64,000 nucleotides of DNA from positions 7,909-71,908 of IMG/VR virus record IMGVR_UViG_3300049142_000058. One strand, written 5' to 3'. Of this stretch, positions 47,540 through 56,896 are shown one piece after another (the stretch's first letter is position 1; every line of letters starts with the position of its first letter). The DNA comes from a virus (taxonomy: Duplodnaviria > Caudoviricetes). A program made the translations under genes and the position numbers. The notes beneath the pieces are model-generated. The model was not told the DNA's origin, did no database searches, and saw only the letters and a program-made list of their open reading frames with translations.

Positions 47540-47583
47540 GCTCGGCCGAATACACCAGGCAGCGCTATGGGAACAGGATAGCG
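47540..47583 (-). promoter_or_regulatory. Conserved late promoter upstream of the MCP
   Basis: TATCCT -10 followed by GCTGCCTGGTGTATTCGGCCGAGC. Confidence 0.7.
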
Positions 47584-47674
47584 ACATGAGGCCGCTACCA
47601 GGGGTGTCCCTTGAGGTGGAGCCCCCCGGGGTGGGGACGGCACCCCGGGGGAGCTGTTGAGCAGAAGGCTACGC

Positions 47675-47833
47675 CTACGGCTTCGGGCGGACGGTGGCGC
47701 CGGGCACGCCATCGGCGTACCGCTTGGCGACCGGCTCCTGCTGGAACTCGTTGAGGACCTTCACCGTCCCGTCCTCTTCCGTCTTCACGACCTGGAACAT
47801 GGTCCGGTTACGGCCGCCGCAGTTGCATCCCAT
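47675..47833 (-). CDS. Small MGCNCG-type actinophage head-module protein (52 aa)
   Basis: Manually translated: MGCNCGGRNRTMFQVVKTEEDG...KP*; RBS GAAAGGAG. Confidence 0.7.
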   Translation of the reverse strand: MGCNCGGRNRTMFQVVKTEEDGTVKVLNEFQQEPVAKRYADGVPGATVRPKP

Positions 47834-47837
47834 GGGC

Positions 47838-50800
47838 TCAGTTCTCCTTCTGGTGCGGTACCGCCGAGGCGGTCACTACCTCGCGTACGGGCGCGAGTTG
47901 CTCGGTGAGCCGCGCGACTTCCGCGGCGCCTTCCTGGTGGGCCACCACGGCGGCGGCGAGCCGGCTCATGAACGACGGGTCCGTGAGCACGGCGGCGGCG
48001 AGCTCCGCCATGTCGCCGCCGGTCGGGGTGGCGTGCTCCCGCGCCGGGGGGTCGGTGTCATCGGCCCGGGCGTGTACGGGCTCAGGCTCCGGCTGCCGGG
48101 CGTTGCCGGCGGGGGTGGTGTCCTGGTCGCCGGGCTCCTCGGCAGGCGCCTGTACGGCGGCCTGCTCCTGCTGCGCGTCCTCGGCGAGCGCGAGCGCGGC
48201 GGCGGACGCGGCGAGCGCCATGTTGCTGCGGTCCACCACAGAGGCGAGGAGCGGCGTGGAGTGCCCAGGTACTGGCACGGACAGCACCGCGCGGAGCTGC
48301 CAACGCCCGTCCGGGCCCTGCCTCATGTGGTAGCTGGGCTGTGTGGCCGCGAAAACCGTGCGGTCCCAGTCGGACAGCCACGGCGCGCCGGCCCCTGAGA
48401 ACCACAGCCCGCGGTCGTTGAGCCCGACGGTGACCACACCCGCAACGGTGCGGGTGTCATCGAACTGGCAGGCTGCGGTCTCACACTCCGCGCCGTCCCG
48501 GTGGTGGCCCGCGTTCATGGTGTAGGCGCCGGCCCGTACCTCGGTGCCGTCATCCAGCACGAACCGCTGCCGCAGGAAGTGGCTCATGTCCAGGGCGCCG
48601 AGGGACTCGATGGTGAGCTTGCGGCCGGGGTATCCGGCGTGCGGCTCACCTGCCTTGGCCACCCACCCGTAGATGCGGCCGCCCGCGTAGTGGACACCGC
48701 CGGAGCCCTCCGGCAGCTCCTCCTCGGTGGGCTCACGGAACCATGCGGCGGGCATCGGGGGGAGGGTGCTCATCGCGGTCCACGCGGACGCGATCAGCTC
48801 CTCCTCTGCCCCATCGGTGGCGGTGTCCGCCGCGGCGGTGAGGTCGCTACCTTCCGGCAGGTCGGTGGCGCCGACGTACAGGCCGCGGGCCAGGCGCACC
48901 AGCTCCTCCGCCTCCACGGCATCGGTGAGCCAGCGGCGGGCGGTGGACACGTCGATGCCCAGGGCGCTGGCCACGTCTCGCGCGGTCAGCGGCACGGCGG
49001 AGGCCCGGACGTGCTGCACCACGCGCTTGCGGGTGCTCTCATGGGCAGCGAAGGCCGCGGCGGTCTGCTCCTCCAGGGCCGCGGTACGCTCCTGCGCCTG
49101 TCGCTCCGCAGCAGCGAATACGTCCTCCGCGGGCTCCTGCACCACCTCGTCCTCTGGCACCTGCGGGAGCGGGTCCAGCACGATGCGGGCCCGGTCGTAC
49201 GCCGGCATGGCGACGAGGGTGGCGCCGCGCAGGCGAGCGCTGGTGATGCGGACCAGGTAGTCCCCCGCGGACTCCCGGTGCACCACGGTGCCCTCTTCCG
49301 GGTTGTCCGGGTCGCCGGCTGCGGCGGTGAGCGCGGCGCGGATGGCGGGTACGTCCGGCAGGAGGGACATGGTGCCGCCGGGGCCGGTGATGAATTGCGT
49401 GGTGTGGTTGGTGCGCGCGAGGGTGCCGCCGGCAGATGCCGTCCACTCCCCGCCGCCGGTGGCGGTCACGGCGTAACTGCCGTCTTCCATGGGCAGCACG
49501 CTCACCTGCGCGAAGGACGCTGCCAGGATGAGCGGCAGCTCCTCCTCACCGTCCTCGGTGGCCGGGGAGCGGTCCACGAACTCCATGGTCACGTCGTCCA
49601 GGTCCACGCTCACCCCGAGGGGCGCGCCCTGTTCGAGGAGCCACTCCGCGTCATAGCCGGCGGAGGTGAGGGAGTACAGCACGCCGGTGCCGGGGATGCG
49701 GTCCCCCTCCCGGGTGACGGACTGGATGGCGCCGCACAGCTCCGCGCCGTCGTGGCCGCCGCGCATCTCCTCCGCGTACTGGAGCGGCCACGGGCCCGCG
49801 CCGGACCACTTGAGCGCACCGGGGGTGAATATTCGGCCGTCGCCTGTCTCCTCGTTTTCGAACGCGAGTGCGGTTCCTTCCGGGGTGGTCCATGTGCGCA
49901 CAAGGGTCGGGGGTTCCTGCGCTGCCACCTGCACGGGTGTGGCCATAGGGGGTTCCTCCTCTTCAGGGGGGCCGAGCGGGATGTCCGAGTAGTCGCCGGC
50001 GAACGCCACGCGGATGCGGTCGAACGTGATCGGCCCGACCCGGCTCACGAGGTCGTGGAAGCGCTCCGGGTCATCGCTGTACGCGGCGCAGATGTGCGCG
50101 GCCCAGGGCGAGTAGGGCTCTGGGAGGTTCTCGGCGCCGAACGTGGCGTAGGCCGCGTACTCCGCCGCGGTGAGGGCGTCCACCATGGACGGGCTGCCGT
50201 CGGGCAGGCCCTCCCCATCACCGACGGCCCACACCCATGAGGGGTTGTCGCTGTCGGGGTTCCAGTGGTTGGCGCCGAAGATGCGGGCCTGGATGTTCTG
50301 GTCCAGGTTGCCGACTGCCTCCTCCAGCCGCTCGAACAGCTCATCGCGCTGCTCCTCGGGGATGGCGTCGCCGTCTCCGCCGAGGAAGAACAGCGTGCAG
50401 TGGAGGTCTTCCGGGGCCTCCCCGCCCTCAATGGCGAGGCGCTGCGCGTCCTCGGGGGTGGGCATGAGCGCGATCATGGCGCCCTTGAGGTGGGAGCCGT
50501 CCGCCGCAGCGCTCACCGTGGAATCCAAGACTCGGCCCGCCGATAGGCCTTTCGATTCCAAGGCGGCGGTGCGGTCGGCGGTGGACAACTTGAGGATGCA
50601 CCGGCAGTTGCACACCAGCTCCGGCGGCGCATCGGGGTCCCCGGGGGCCTGCATGGCGACGCCGGCCACCTGGAACGCGTCATCCAGCAGGCGCAGCTGC
50701 CCGTCCACCTCGTCATGGGCGTGCCGTACGCGCCCGTCGCCTCTGGTGCGCCACTGCTTGACGAGGGGCCGGTCCGGGCCGGTGAGAGCCTGACCCGCGG

Positions 50801-51347
50801 CGAGGGTGGCGGAGTTCCACGCGCGGCTCGCCTCGGTGGCGGCGATGAGCCGCTCCCGGGTGGGACCGAGCTGCGCCCCCTCACGGTCGAACGCGGCGAG
50901 CAGCCGGGCGCGCAGGGCGTCCACGTCCTCACCCGCGTTGACACCCGCCGCGAGTTCCCGGGTGGCTACGTCCGCGAGCCGCTCACCCACGGCGTTCAGC
51001 AGGTGCTCGGTGCTGGTGACGTAGTCCCAGAGCTGCGGGGGCAGCGTGTCATCCTCATACCGGCCGGGCAGGTCGTACCAGCCGTCCGGCAGGGGCGCCT
51101 CCACCTGCGCCGCGGATGCGTCGGCGGCGGCCTCAGCGACGCGCAGGAGACGGCGCATCATCCGGGGCATGCGCTGCGCCCACATGGACGCGATACGGGA
51201 CACGGAGAACCGGGCGGCCACCAGCTCCGTCGCGTCCTCGAGGGCGCTCGCGTACTCGCCGGCGACCTGGGACAGGATGGCGCGTATCTCGCGCGCCACT
51301 TGCTCCTCGGCAGTCTGGAGGGCGGCCTCCAGCTCCTCATCGTCCAC
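47838..51347 (-). CDS. MuF + 2H-phosphoesterase + capsid maturation protease + wHTH fusion
   Basis: KQWRT.GD.RVR.AH...NCRC (MuF); LHCTLFFLG...AHICAAY (2H); TGDGRIF...GHDGA..G.I (protease); LTARDVA.ALGI..STARRWL (HTH). Confidence 0.8.
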   Translation of the reverse strand: MDDEELEAALQTAEEQVAREIRAILSQVAGEYASALEDATELVAARFSVSRIASMWAQRMPRMMRRLLRVAEAAADASAAQVEAPLPDGWYDLPGRYEDDTLPPQLWDYVTSTEHLLNAVGERLADVATRELAAGVNAGEDVDALRARLLAAFDREGAQLGPTRERLIAATEASRAWNSATLAAGQALTGPDRPLVKQWRTRGDGRVRHAHDEVDGQLRLLDDAFQVAGVAMQAPGDPDAPPELVCNCRCILKLSTADRTAALESKGLSAGRVLDSTVSAAADGSHLKGAMIALMPTPEDAQRLAIEGGEAPEDLHCTLFFLGGDGDAIPEEQRDELFERLEEAVGNLDQNIQARIFGANHWNPDSDNPSWVWAVGDGEGLPDGSPSMVDALTAAEYAAYATFGAENLPEPYSPWAAHICAAYSDDPERFHDLVSRVGPITFDRIRVAFAGDYSDIPLGPPEEEEPPMATPVQVAAQEPPTLVRTWTTPEGTALAFENEETGDGRIFTPGALKWSGAGPWPLQYAEEMRGGHDGAELCGAIQSVTREGDRIPGTGVLYSLTSAGYDAEWLLEQGAPLGVSVDLDDVTMEFVDRSPATEDGEEELPLILAASFAQVSVLPMEDGSYAVTATGGGEWTASAGGTLARTNHTTQFITGPGGTMSLLPDVPAIRAALTAAAGDPDNPEEGTVVHRESAGDYLVRITSARLRGATLVAMPAYDRARIVLDPLPQVPEDEVVQEPAEDVFAAAERQAQERTAALEEQTAAAFAAHESTRKRVVQHVRASAVPLTARDVASALGIDVSTARRWLTDAVEAEELVRLARGLYVGATDLPEGSDLTAAADTATDGAEEELIASAWTAMSTLPPMPAAWFREPTEEELPEGSGGVHYAGGRIYGWVAKAGEPHAGYPGRKLTIESLGALDMSHFLRQRFVLDDGTEVRAGAYTMNAGHHRDGAECETAACQFDDTRTVAGVVTVGLNDRGLWFSGAGAPWLSDWDRTVFAATQPSYHMRQGPDGRWQLRAVLSVPVPGHSTPLLASVVDRSNMALAASAAALALAEDAQQEQAAVQAPAEEPGDQDTTPAGNARQPEPEPVHARADDTDPPAREHATPTGGDMAELAAAVLTDPSFMSRLAAAVVAHQEGAAEVARLTEQLAPVREVVTASAVPHQKEN

Positions 51348-51540
51348 GGGGCACCTCCGGGGCTTCGCCGTCCTCGCAGATCGGGCACATGGCGTACGTG
51401 TGGCTGCGGGTGACGCCCTGCGGGGTGAGGATGTGCAAGGTGGCGCACACGAGCGTCAGGGCCTTGCAGCGCGGACACCACTCCTCCCGCGCGTCGCCCA
51501 TGTGGGCCGTGACAACCGGCTGTATGCGGGACTCGCTCAT
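51337..51540 (-). CDS. Small Zn-ribbon protein
   Basis: WCPRC...MCPIC. Confidence 0.65.
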   Translation of the reverse strand: MSESRIQPVVTAHMGDAREEWCPRCKALTLVCATLHILTPQGVTRSHTYAMCPICEDGEAPEVPRGR

Positions 51541-53357
51541 GCTGCCGCCGTAAAGCAGGACGACGACTTGAGCAGCCGCGCCATGTTGGCGTACTCATGC
51601 GGCAGCCGGGCGGCGATGAGCGCCCGGGCGTAGTCGTCCAGGGTCCGGGTGAGGCAGTCCGGGTCCATGCCGTACCGGTGGGCGATCTCCGGTACGCGCA
51701 CCCACACCCCTTCCAGGAGCCGCCAGTCGTCCACCTGCGGGGCGTCCACCGGGTACGCGGCGTGCATCTCCGCGGGCGCGATGTCCCGGGCGCGGGAGCG
51801 CTCACTGCGGGGGCATACGGCGCTGGTGCGGATGCGGGCGCCAACGGTGTGCAGGGCGTTGTAGATGAGCCCGTCCAGGGCCGCGCACACGCTGTCCAGG
51901 GGGTCAGCGCGGGGGGTGAGGACGGAGACGCTCGCGGTGGGCTCGCTGGTGTTGTCCGGGCCGGTGTTGGTCTGGTCAGCGGGCGGGGCGGTGGTCTCGG
52001 ATACGGGGAGTGTGGTCACGTCGGCTCCGTCGTTGGGCTGCTCGTCGTCGTTGGTCTGCTCGTCCTCTTCGGGGGGCGCGTCGTCCTCTTCGAAGCCGGT
52101 TTCTCGGCGCAGGGCCTGGGCGGAGATCACGCCGCGGTCGAACACCTCAAGGGCGGTCTGGGACCGGTTGGCCTGGACGCGCAGGGAGGCCGTGTCGTAC
52201 CAGACGAGCCACTCCTCGGCGTCCTCCACGCCGTCGGTGTCCTCCAGCAGCGGGCGCAGCCACTGCGTGGTGAGGGCGTTGCACACGAGGGCGAGGCGGG
52301 GCTCCACTCCCATGCGGACGCCCTCCGCGCTGATCATCCACGCGGTCCAGTGATTCAGCTCCGAGAGCCCATTGATCAGCTCCGCAGGGATCTCGCAGCC
52401 GGCGGCGAACCGGCGGATCGCCTCATCGCGCAGCCGGATGGCGATCTCATCGAACGTGGAATCGAACGTGACGAGGCGGATGTCCCCGATGGACTCCGAG
52501 GGGACTTCCAGGATGATCGGCACCGTGGCGGCGGCGGACGTGGGCTCACGGATGGCGGTTTCCGCGACCTGCATGAACGTGTCGATCAAGTCGTCTTCGG
52601 AGTCCGACTGTCCGGGGGCGGTGGGGAAGCGCACGCCCTTGGGGATGAGGAGCACGCCGCGGCCGGTGATGCGGCTGCGGGCGATGGCGGCCACCGCGGC
52701 GTTGAGGAGCTCCAGCTCCTCCAGGATGACGAGGGAGGACCGTACGGGGCTGTCTGCCTCGATGCGGCGGCGCGGGTGGGCGTCCCATACGCGGATGGCT
52801 GCGGGCGCGGTGTCGTCGGGCTTGTCCGGGTCGTACTCCGGTATCTCGATCAGCTCGCCGTCTATCTCGGCGGTCATGCCGGTGGAGGAGCGCTGTACTT
52901 CCTCCGTGGACAGCACGTGCCATCGGACGCCGGTGACGGTGGGGGGTGCGCCTGCCTCCTGTGCGGGGGTCTTGGCGGTGACCGGCTGGATGATGATCCA
53001 TGCCTCACCGGGGACCACGAGGTGGGGGCCGAAGTCCCCGAGGAACTGTGACTGCCCGTCCGGGCCGCCGGCGATGGAGGCCACCAGCTCCGCGGCGGGG
53101 TGGTCGTCCGGGGCGCGTTCTACCGTGCCGTCCGGGGCGCGGCGGCCGGCGAACAGGCGGGCGCCGCTCATGGCGTTGCCGATCCAGTTGCACACGAACC
53201 GCACTTCGGGGACGCGGTCGAACATGTCCCAGGCCTCCGCCTGCCACTTCTGGCCGCTCGCGGAGGTGGGGGACTGTCCGCGGCTGTTCTGGGGCGTGCG
53301 GGCGTAGCGGGCGGCGGCCGCGGTGAGGGACGGCAGCTTGGCCGGCGCGGTGGTCAC
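51537..53357 (-). CDS. Portal protein
   Basis: AW.MFD.VPEVRF, ADSPVR, SRITGRG.L.IP, A.VPIIL, R..AI.R.A.G.EIP.E, NHW.AW. Confidence 0.88.
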   Translation of the reverse strand: MTTAPAKLPSLTAAAARYARTPQNSRGQSPTSASGQKWQAEAWDMFDRVPEVRFVCNWIGNAMSGARLFAGRRAPDGTVERAPDDHPAAELVASIAGGPDGQSQFLGDFGPHLVVPGEAWIIIQPVTAKTPAQEAGAPPTVTGVRWHVLSTEEVQRSSTGMTAEIDGELIEIPEYDPDKPDDTAPAAIRVWDAHPRRRIEADSPVRSSLVILEELELLNAAVAAIARSRITGRGVLLIPKGVRFPTAPGQSDSEDDLIDTFMQVAETAIREPTSAAATVPIILEVPSESIGDIRLVTFDSTFDEIAIRLRDEAIRRFAAGCEIPAELINGLSELNHWTAWMISAEGVRMGVEPRLALVCNALTTQWLRPLLEDTDGVEDAEEWLVWYDTASLRVQANRSQTALEVFDRGVISAQALRRETGFEEDDAPPEEDEQTNDDEQPNDGADVTTLPVSETTAPPADQTNTGPDNTSEPTASVSVLTPRADPLDSVCAALDGLIYNALHTVGARIRTSAVCPRSERSRARDIAPAEMHAAYPVDAPQVDDWRLLEGVWVRVPEIAHRYGMDPDCLTRTLDDYARALIAARLPHEYANMARLLKSSSCFTAAA

Positions 53358-53689
53358 TCGTTGTCCCACGTGTCATCGCGGCGGTTGAGGAGGGCCTGCG
53401 CTCCGGCGAGGGCGAACCACTCGATGCCGTGGATGAGGAGGGGCGCGCGGTCGAACGTGCCGGTCACGGTGAGGTAGACGGTGAGGGTGATGCCGCTGAC
53501 CCAGAAGCCGGCGCAGTAGGGGCAGCTGATCAGCTTGGTGGCCCACTTGCGGGGGCGGGAGTCCGGCTTGTTGGCGTGCCAGGCATACAGGCGGTTGCGG
53601 ATGGGGTCCGCGATGGTGTCGTGGACGACCAGTTGGGTTCCCCGGTAGGCGGCGAGGGCCAGGATCAGCAGGACAGGCAGTGAGATCAA
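53354..53689 (-). CDS. DUF1360-like membrane protein with CPYC motif
   Basis: LAAYRGTQLVVHDTI..PIR, LISCPYCAGFWV. Confidence 0.8.
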   Translation of the reverse strand: MISLPVLLILALAAYRGTQLVVHDTIADPIRNRLYAWHANKPDSRPRKWATKLISCPYCAGFWVSGITLTVYLTVTGTFDRAPLLIHGIEWFALAGAQALLNRRDDTWDNE

Positions 53690-53877
53690 CGGACGCCCCC
53701 GACGTGAAGGATCTACCGGTTTACAGGCCACATCGTAGGTCACGCCTTGGATTCTTCGGCGAAAGAGCCGTCTCACCGTGTTTTCTTCGGTCAATGGCGG
53801 TGTGTGTCACGTGGCTCACACGGACCGGGTTGCCGTAATTCGTCCGCAGTGTCGGAGCCGCGCCCTACCTTGGACGC

Positions 53878-54183
53878 ATGACTGATCACACGGAGACACC
53901 GGACGAGCAGGAGCCGCGCCACTGCCTCGGCGGTGGCCCTGAGATCGCGAGCGGCACCGGATCGCAGGACGTGGCGGCCCCCGCTCCTTGCACCTGCGGG
54001 GGCATGACCGAGGGCCTGCGGCAGCTGCGGGACAGCGGCACCCCCATGCAGAAGGTGGAGCTGCCCACGGAGGAGGGCACGGAGGTGCTGCTGTACGGGC
54101 CGGGCCCGGAGTTCACCCTCGGGGGCATCGTGGTCATCCCGGCGAGCCTGGACAGCTACGACGAGGAGGCCGGCGACCAGTGA
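53878..54183 (+). CDS. Hypothetical moron protein (probably leaderless)
   Basis: TACCTT -10 lies 6 nt before the ATG. Confidence 0.6.
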   Translation: MTDHTETPDEQEPRHCLGGGPEIASGTGSQDVAAPAPCTCGGMTEGLRQLRDSGTPMQKVELPTEEGTEVLLYGPGPEFTLGGIVVIPASLDSYDEEAGDQ

Positions 54184-54461
54184 CCCTCTTCCGATTCCCT
54201 GACCCTGATGCCGCGGCCGACCGGTGGGCGCGCGCCGGCGGCCTGCGTGAGCAGGCGCGGCGCCGCACCAAGCTGTGGCTGCACCGGCGCGGCTGGATCG
54301 CGAGCCCGTCCCTGTCGTTCATGAACGTGCCGTTCGGCCCGGACCGGCGGGACCTCGCCGGCGAGGTGCTGCGAGCGGTCGGGCAGGCGGTGCACGAGCG
54401 TGAGGTGCGCGAGGCGTATGAGGAGCACGCGGAGCGCGAGGCGCAGCGGGCCGCCCAGTAG
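54180..54461 (+). CDS. Hypothetical moron protein
   Basis: GTGA-coupled to the previous gene. Confidence 0.55.
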   Translation: MTLFRFPDPDAAADRWARAGGLREQARRRTKLWLHRRGWIASPSLSFMNVPFGPDRRDLAGEVLRAVGQAVHEREVREAYEEHAEREAQRAAQ

Positions 54462-54513
54462 CCCGCCCACCTTGCTTTCCCAGACGCCCGACGGCCGCAC
54501 GCTTATGAAACGA

Positions 54514-54544
54514 AGGGCCCCGCACCGTGCTGGTGCGGGGCCCT
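54514..54544. terminator. Bidirectional hairpin AGGGCCCCGCACC-N5-GGTGCGGGGCCCT (related copy at 54925-54950)
   Basis: Lies between convergent genes. Confidence 0.65.
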
Positions 54545-54557
54545 CGGCGTGCAGGGG

Positions 54558-54845
54558 CTACGGCAGGTTGCGGTGCCGTCGGTCGTCGGCGCCGCACTCG
54601 GAGGCGGGCACGTCCGGGTCGGCGGTGGAAGCCACGGCCACGTCGTAGGCGACGGCAGCAGCGTCCGCCAGGCAGGCGTACAGCATGTCCTCCTCGGCGG
54701 TCTCCACGAAGTACAGGACGGCGTGCCCCCCGCAGAGGGTGCACCGCGCGCCCCCGGGCTCGCTCTGGTCCACGAGGCCGACGTGCCCCTCTCCAGTGCC
54801 GTAGCCGCCGGACCGGCGGTGGGCGAGGTACGTCTGCTTGTCCAT
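54558..54845 (-). CDS. Hypothetical moron protein
   Basis: MDKQTYLAHRRSGGYG...CTLCGG; AAGGAG RBS. Confidence 0.6.
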   Translation of the reverse strand: MDKQTYLAHRRSGGYGTGEGHVGLVDQSEPGGARCTLCGGHAVLYFVETAEEDMLYACLADAAAVAYDVAVASTADPDVPASECGADDRRHRNLP

Positions 54846-54960
54846 GGGCGTGTGCTCCTTGTGGTGGCCTGCTGGGGACGGAAGCGCGCGACGGTGGGGT
54901 GCGTGAGGGGTTCGGGAGCAGCGGGGGCCCCGCACCGTGGTGCGGGGCTCTCTCTTGGCC

Positions 54961-55071
54961 TTAGCGGTCCTGGTCGTACCAGGCTGCCCGGTCGGCGCGG
55001 GTCTCCATCCGGGCGAAGTACTCCTCTTCGGTCTCGCCGGGGAGCTGGTAGTCGCTGTCGTTGTCGCACAT
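54961..55071 (-). CDS. 36-aa acidic peptide
   Basis: MCDNDSDYQLPGETEEEYFARME...; AAGGAG RBS. Confidence 0.5.
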   Translation of the reverse strand: MCDNDSDYQLPGETEEEYFARMETRADRAAWYDQDR

Positions 55072-55093
55072 GGGGCGCTCCTTGCGTGGCGGC

Positions 55094-55360
55094 TCAGTAG
55101 TACAGGTTCTTGTCGGTGTCCCAGCGGTCGTCGGCGGGGCGGGCGGCGCGGTAGCTGGTCTCCCAGTAGGTGCCGAGCTCCTCCCATGCCTCCATGAACT
55201 CCGCCTCCGTGGTGACCACGCGGGACGCGACCACCTGACGGCCCATGTAGCGGAGGCCGTCGTCCCCACCCCAGATGTTTTTCCAGGCGGTGACCGTGGT
55301 GTAGGTGGCGGCGGGGGCGTCGGTGGTGGTGGTCTCGGCGGTGGCGGTGGTGGCGGTCAT
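55094..55360 (-). CDS. Hypothetical moron protein
   Basis: GGGAG RBS; downstream of a consensus promoter. Confidence 0.65.
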   Translation of the reverse strand: MTATTATAETTTTDAPAATYTTVTAWKNIWGGDDGLRYMGRQVVASRVVTTEAEFMEAWEELGTYWETSYRAARPADDRWDTDKNLYY

Positions 55361-55398
55361 GAGGTGCTCCCTGGTGTCGTGCGCTGCGTCGTGACACC

Positions 55399-55428
55399 AC
55401 TATATGCACCATGAGGTTGCAACGTCAA
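55399..55428 (-). promoter_or_regulatory. Consensus sigma70/HrdB promoter TTGACG-18-TATAGT
   Basis: Direct sequence match. Confidence 0.7.
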
Positions 55429-55471
55429 GGTGCTATCTAGTCCACATACATGCGCGTGCATCGTTGTGGAT

Positions 55472-56896
55472 CTACCGCCGGCCCGGGGCGCTCCCCTTAT
55501 CCGCCACCGTGCGCCCGTACCGCTGCGCCGCCCTGGACGGCCGCCCCGTCTGCCGGGTGGGAGCCTTCACCGTCGCCTCCCCCACGAGGTCCAGCTCCGC
55601 CACGGCGTACCGCATCGCATCACTGCCGTGGTCATCGACCTTGAGCGGCTCCTCCGGCTCCGCCTTGGTCGCCGCGGACGTGGGCGGCGTCTTCGCCCAC
55701 ACATACGTCGGGATCTCATCCTCAAGGCACATGGGCTTCTTGGCCTCCGCGAGGGCCTCGTCCCGCTCGATGAGCACGCCCCGCATGACGTACAGCCGCC
55801 GCTTGCCGTCCCCTGCCGGGCGCATGCGCTGCTGCACGGCCTGGATGCCGTCCTTGACCCGCTTCACGGCCGGCGTGGTGGTCAGACCTAGCTCACGCTC
55901 CAGCACGGCGCGCCCCTCCGCGTCGTGGTCACACACGACCGTCATGGGCTTGGGCTCGGTCCAGTTGCCCTCATCGTCGGTGACGGCCTTGAGGATGTCC
56001 CGCGCGTGCTGGTCCACCGTGCGGCCGGTCATGTACAGCTCCCGGTACAGCCACATGCGGCCGTCCGGGTCGATCGCCCACCACTGGCACGTGAACGGGT
56101 TGCGGAAACCGAAGTCCACGCTCCACAGCCGCGGCCAGTCCGCCGGCGGGACGAACGGGTCCACCAGGTGGATGGCGGGGTCCCACTCCTCATAGATCAC
56201 GCCCTCCGCGTTGGTCCACCGCCCCTCACGCAGCCGCTGCGCCCGCACGCCGGTGAGCGCGGCCAGCTTCTCCATGTACTCCCGGCCCACCTGAGTGAAG
56301 GAGCCGTCCCGGTTGACGTACGCAGGGTTGTCCCGGTGCGTGGAGGTGATCATGCGCAGCAGCCCGGCGTCCGCGCGCTGCTTGATCCAGTGCTGCGGGT
56401 GGGAGGGGTTCGTGGCGAGCACCACCTGCCGGTAGGTGGCGGCCTGGCCCCTGAGACGGGATATGAGCGTCTCGTACAGGTCCAGGGAGACCTCCACCGC
56501 CTCATCCACGAAGACCCGGTCCAGCTCAGCGGACAGGAACTTCTCAGGGCGGTCCCCGCCGGCTACCAGGATCTGGCTGCCGTTGGCGTACCGGAACGCT
56601 GCCGGATCCTTGCCGGAGCCGCCGTACCAGCGCACTGAGCCGTCCGCGAGCGCAGCCGCGGCCACCTGCCGCTGAAACGTCACCAGGGTGGTGGCCACGA
56701 GGCTGGTGTGCGTGGAGCGCAGCATCAGCCCGCGCATGTTCGGCACCTGCATGGCGGTCAGGTGCATTTTCCAGGCCGCGGCCAGCGTCTTGCCGCTTCC
56801 CGCCCGTCCGACTGCCACCAACTCGGTGTCACGGCACAGCATGAAATCGCGGTGCGCGCCCCGCGGCTCATACGTGACGACCGGTGGACCGCTCAC
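55472..56896 (-). CDS. Terminase large subunit
   Basis: GRAGSGKT (Walker A), VFVDEA (Walker B), ATNP, SVDFG, DDHGSDAMRY. Confidence 0.93.
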   Translation of the reverse strand: MSGPPVVTYEPRGAHRDFMLCRDTELVAVGRAGSGKTLAAAWKMHLTAMQVPNMRGLMLRSTHTSLVATTLVTFQRQVAAAALADGSVRWYGGSGKDPAAFRYANGSQILVAGGDRPEKFLSAELDRVFVDEAVEVSLDLYETLISRLRGQAATYRQVVLATNPSHPQHWIKQRADAGLLRMITSTHRDNPAYVNRDGSFTQVGREYMEKLAALTGVRAQRLREGRWTNAEGVIYEEWDPAIHLVDPFVPPADWPRLWSVDFGFRNPFTCQWWAIDPDGRMWLYRELYMTGRTVDQHARDILKAVTDDEGNWTEPKPMTVVCDHDAEGRAVLERELGLTTTPAVKRVKDGIQAVQQRMRPAGDGKRRLYVMRGVLIERDEALAEAKKPMCLEDEIPTYVWAKTPPTSAATKAEPEEPLKVDDHGSDAMRYAVAELDLVGEATVKAPTRQTGRPSRAAQRYGRTVADKGSAPGRR

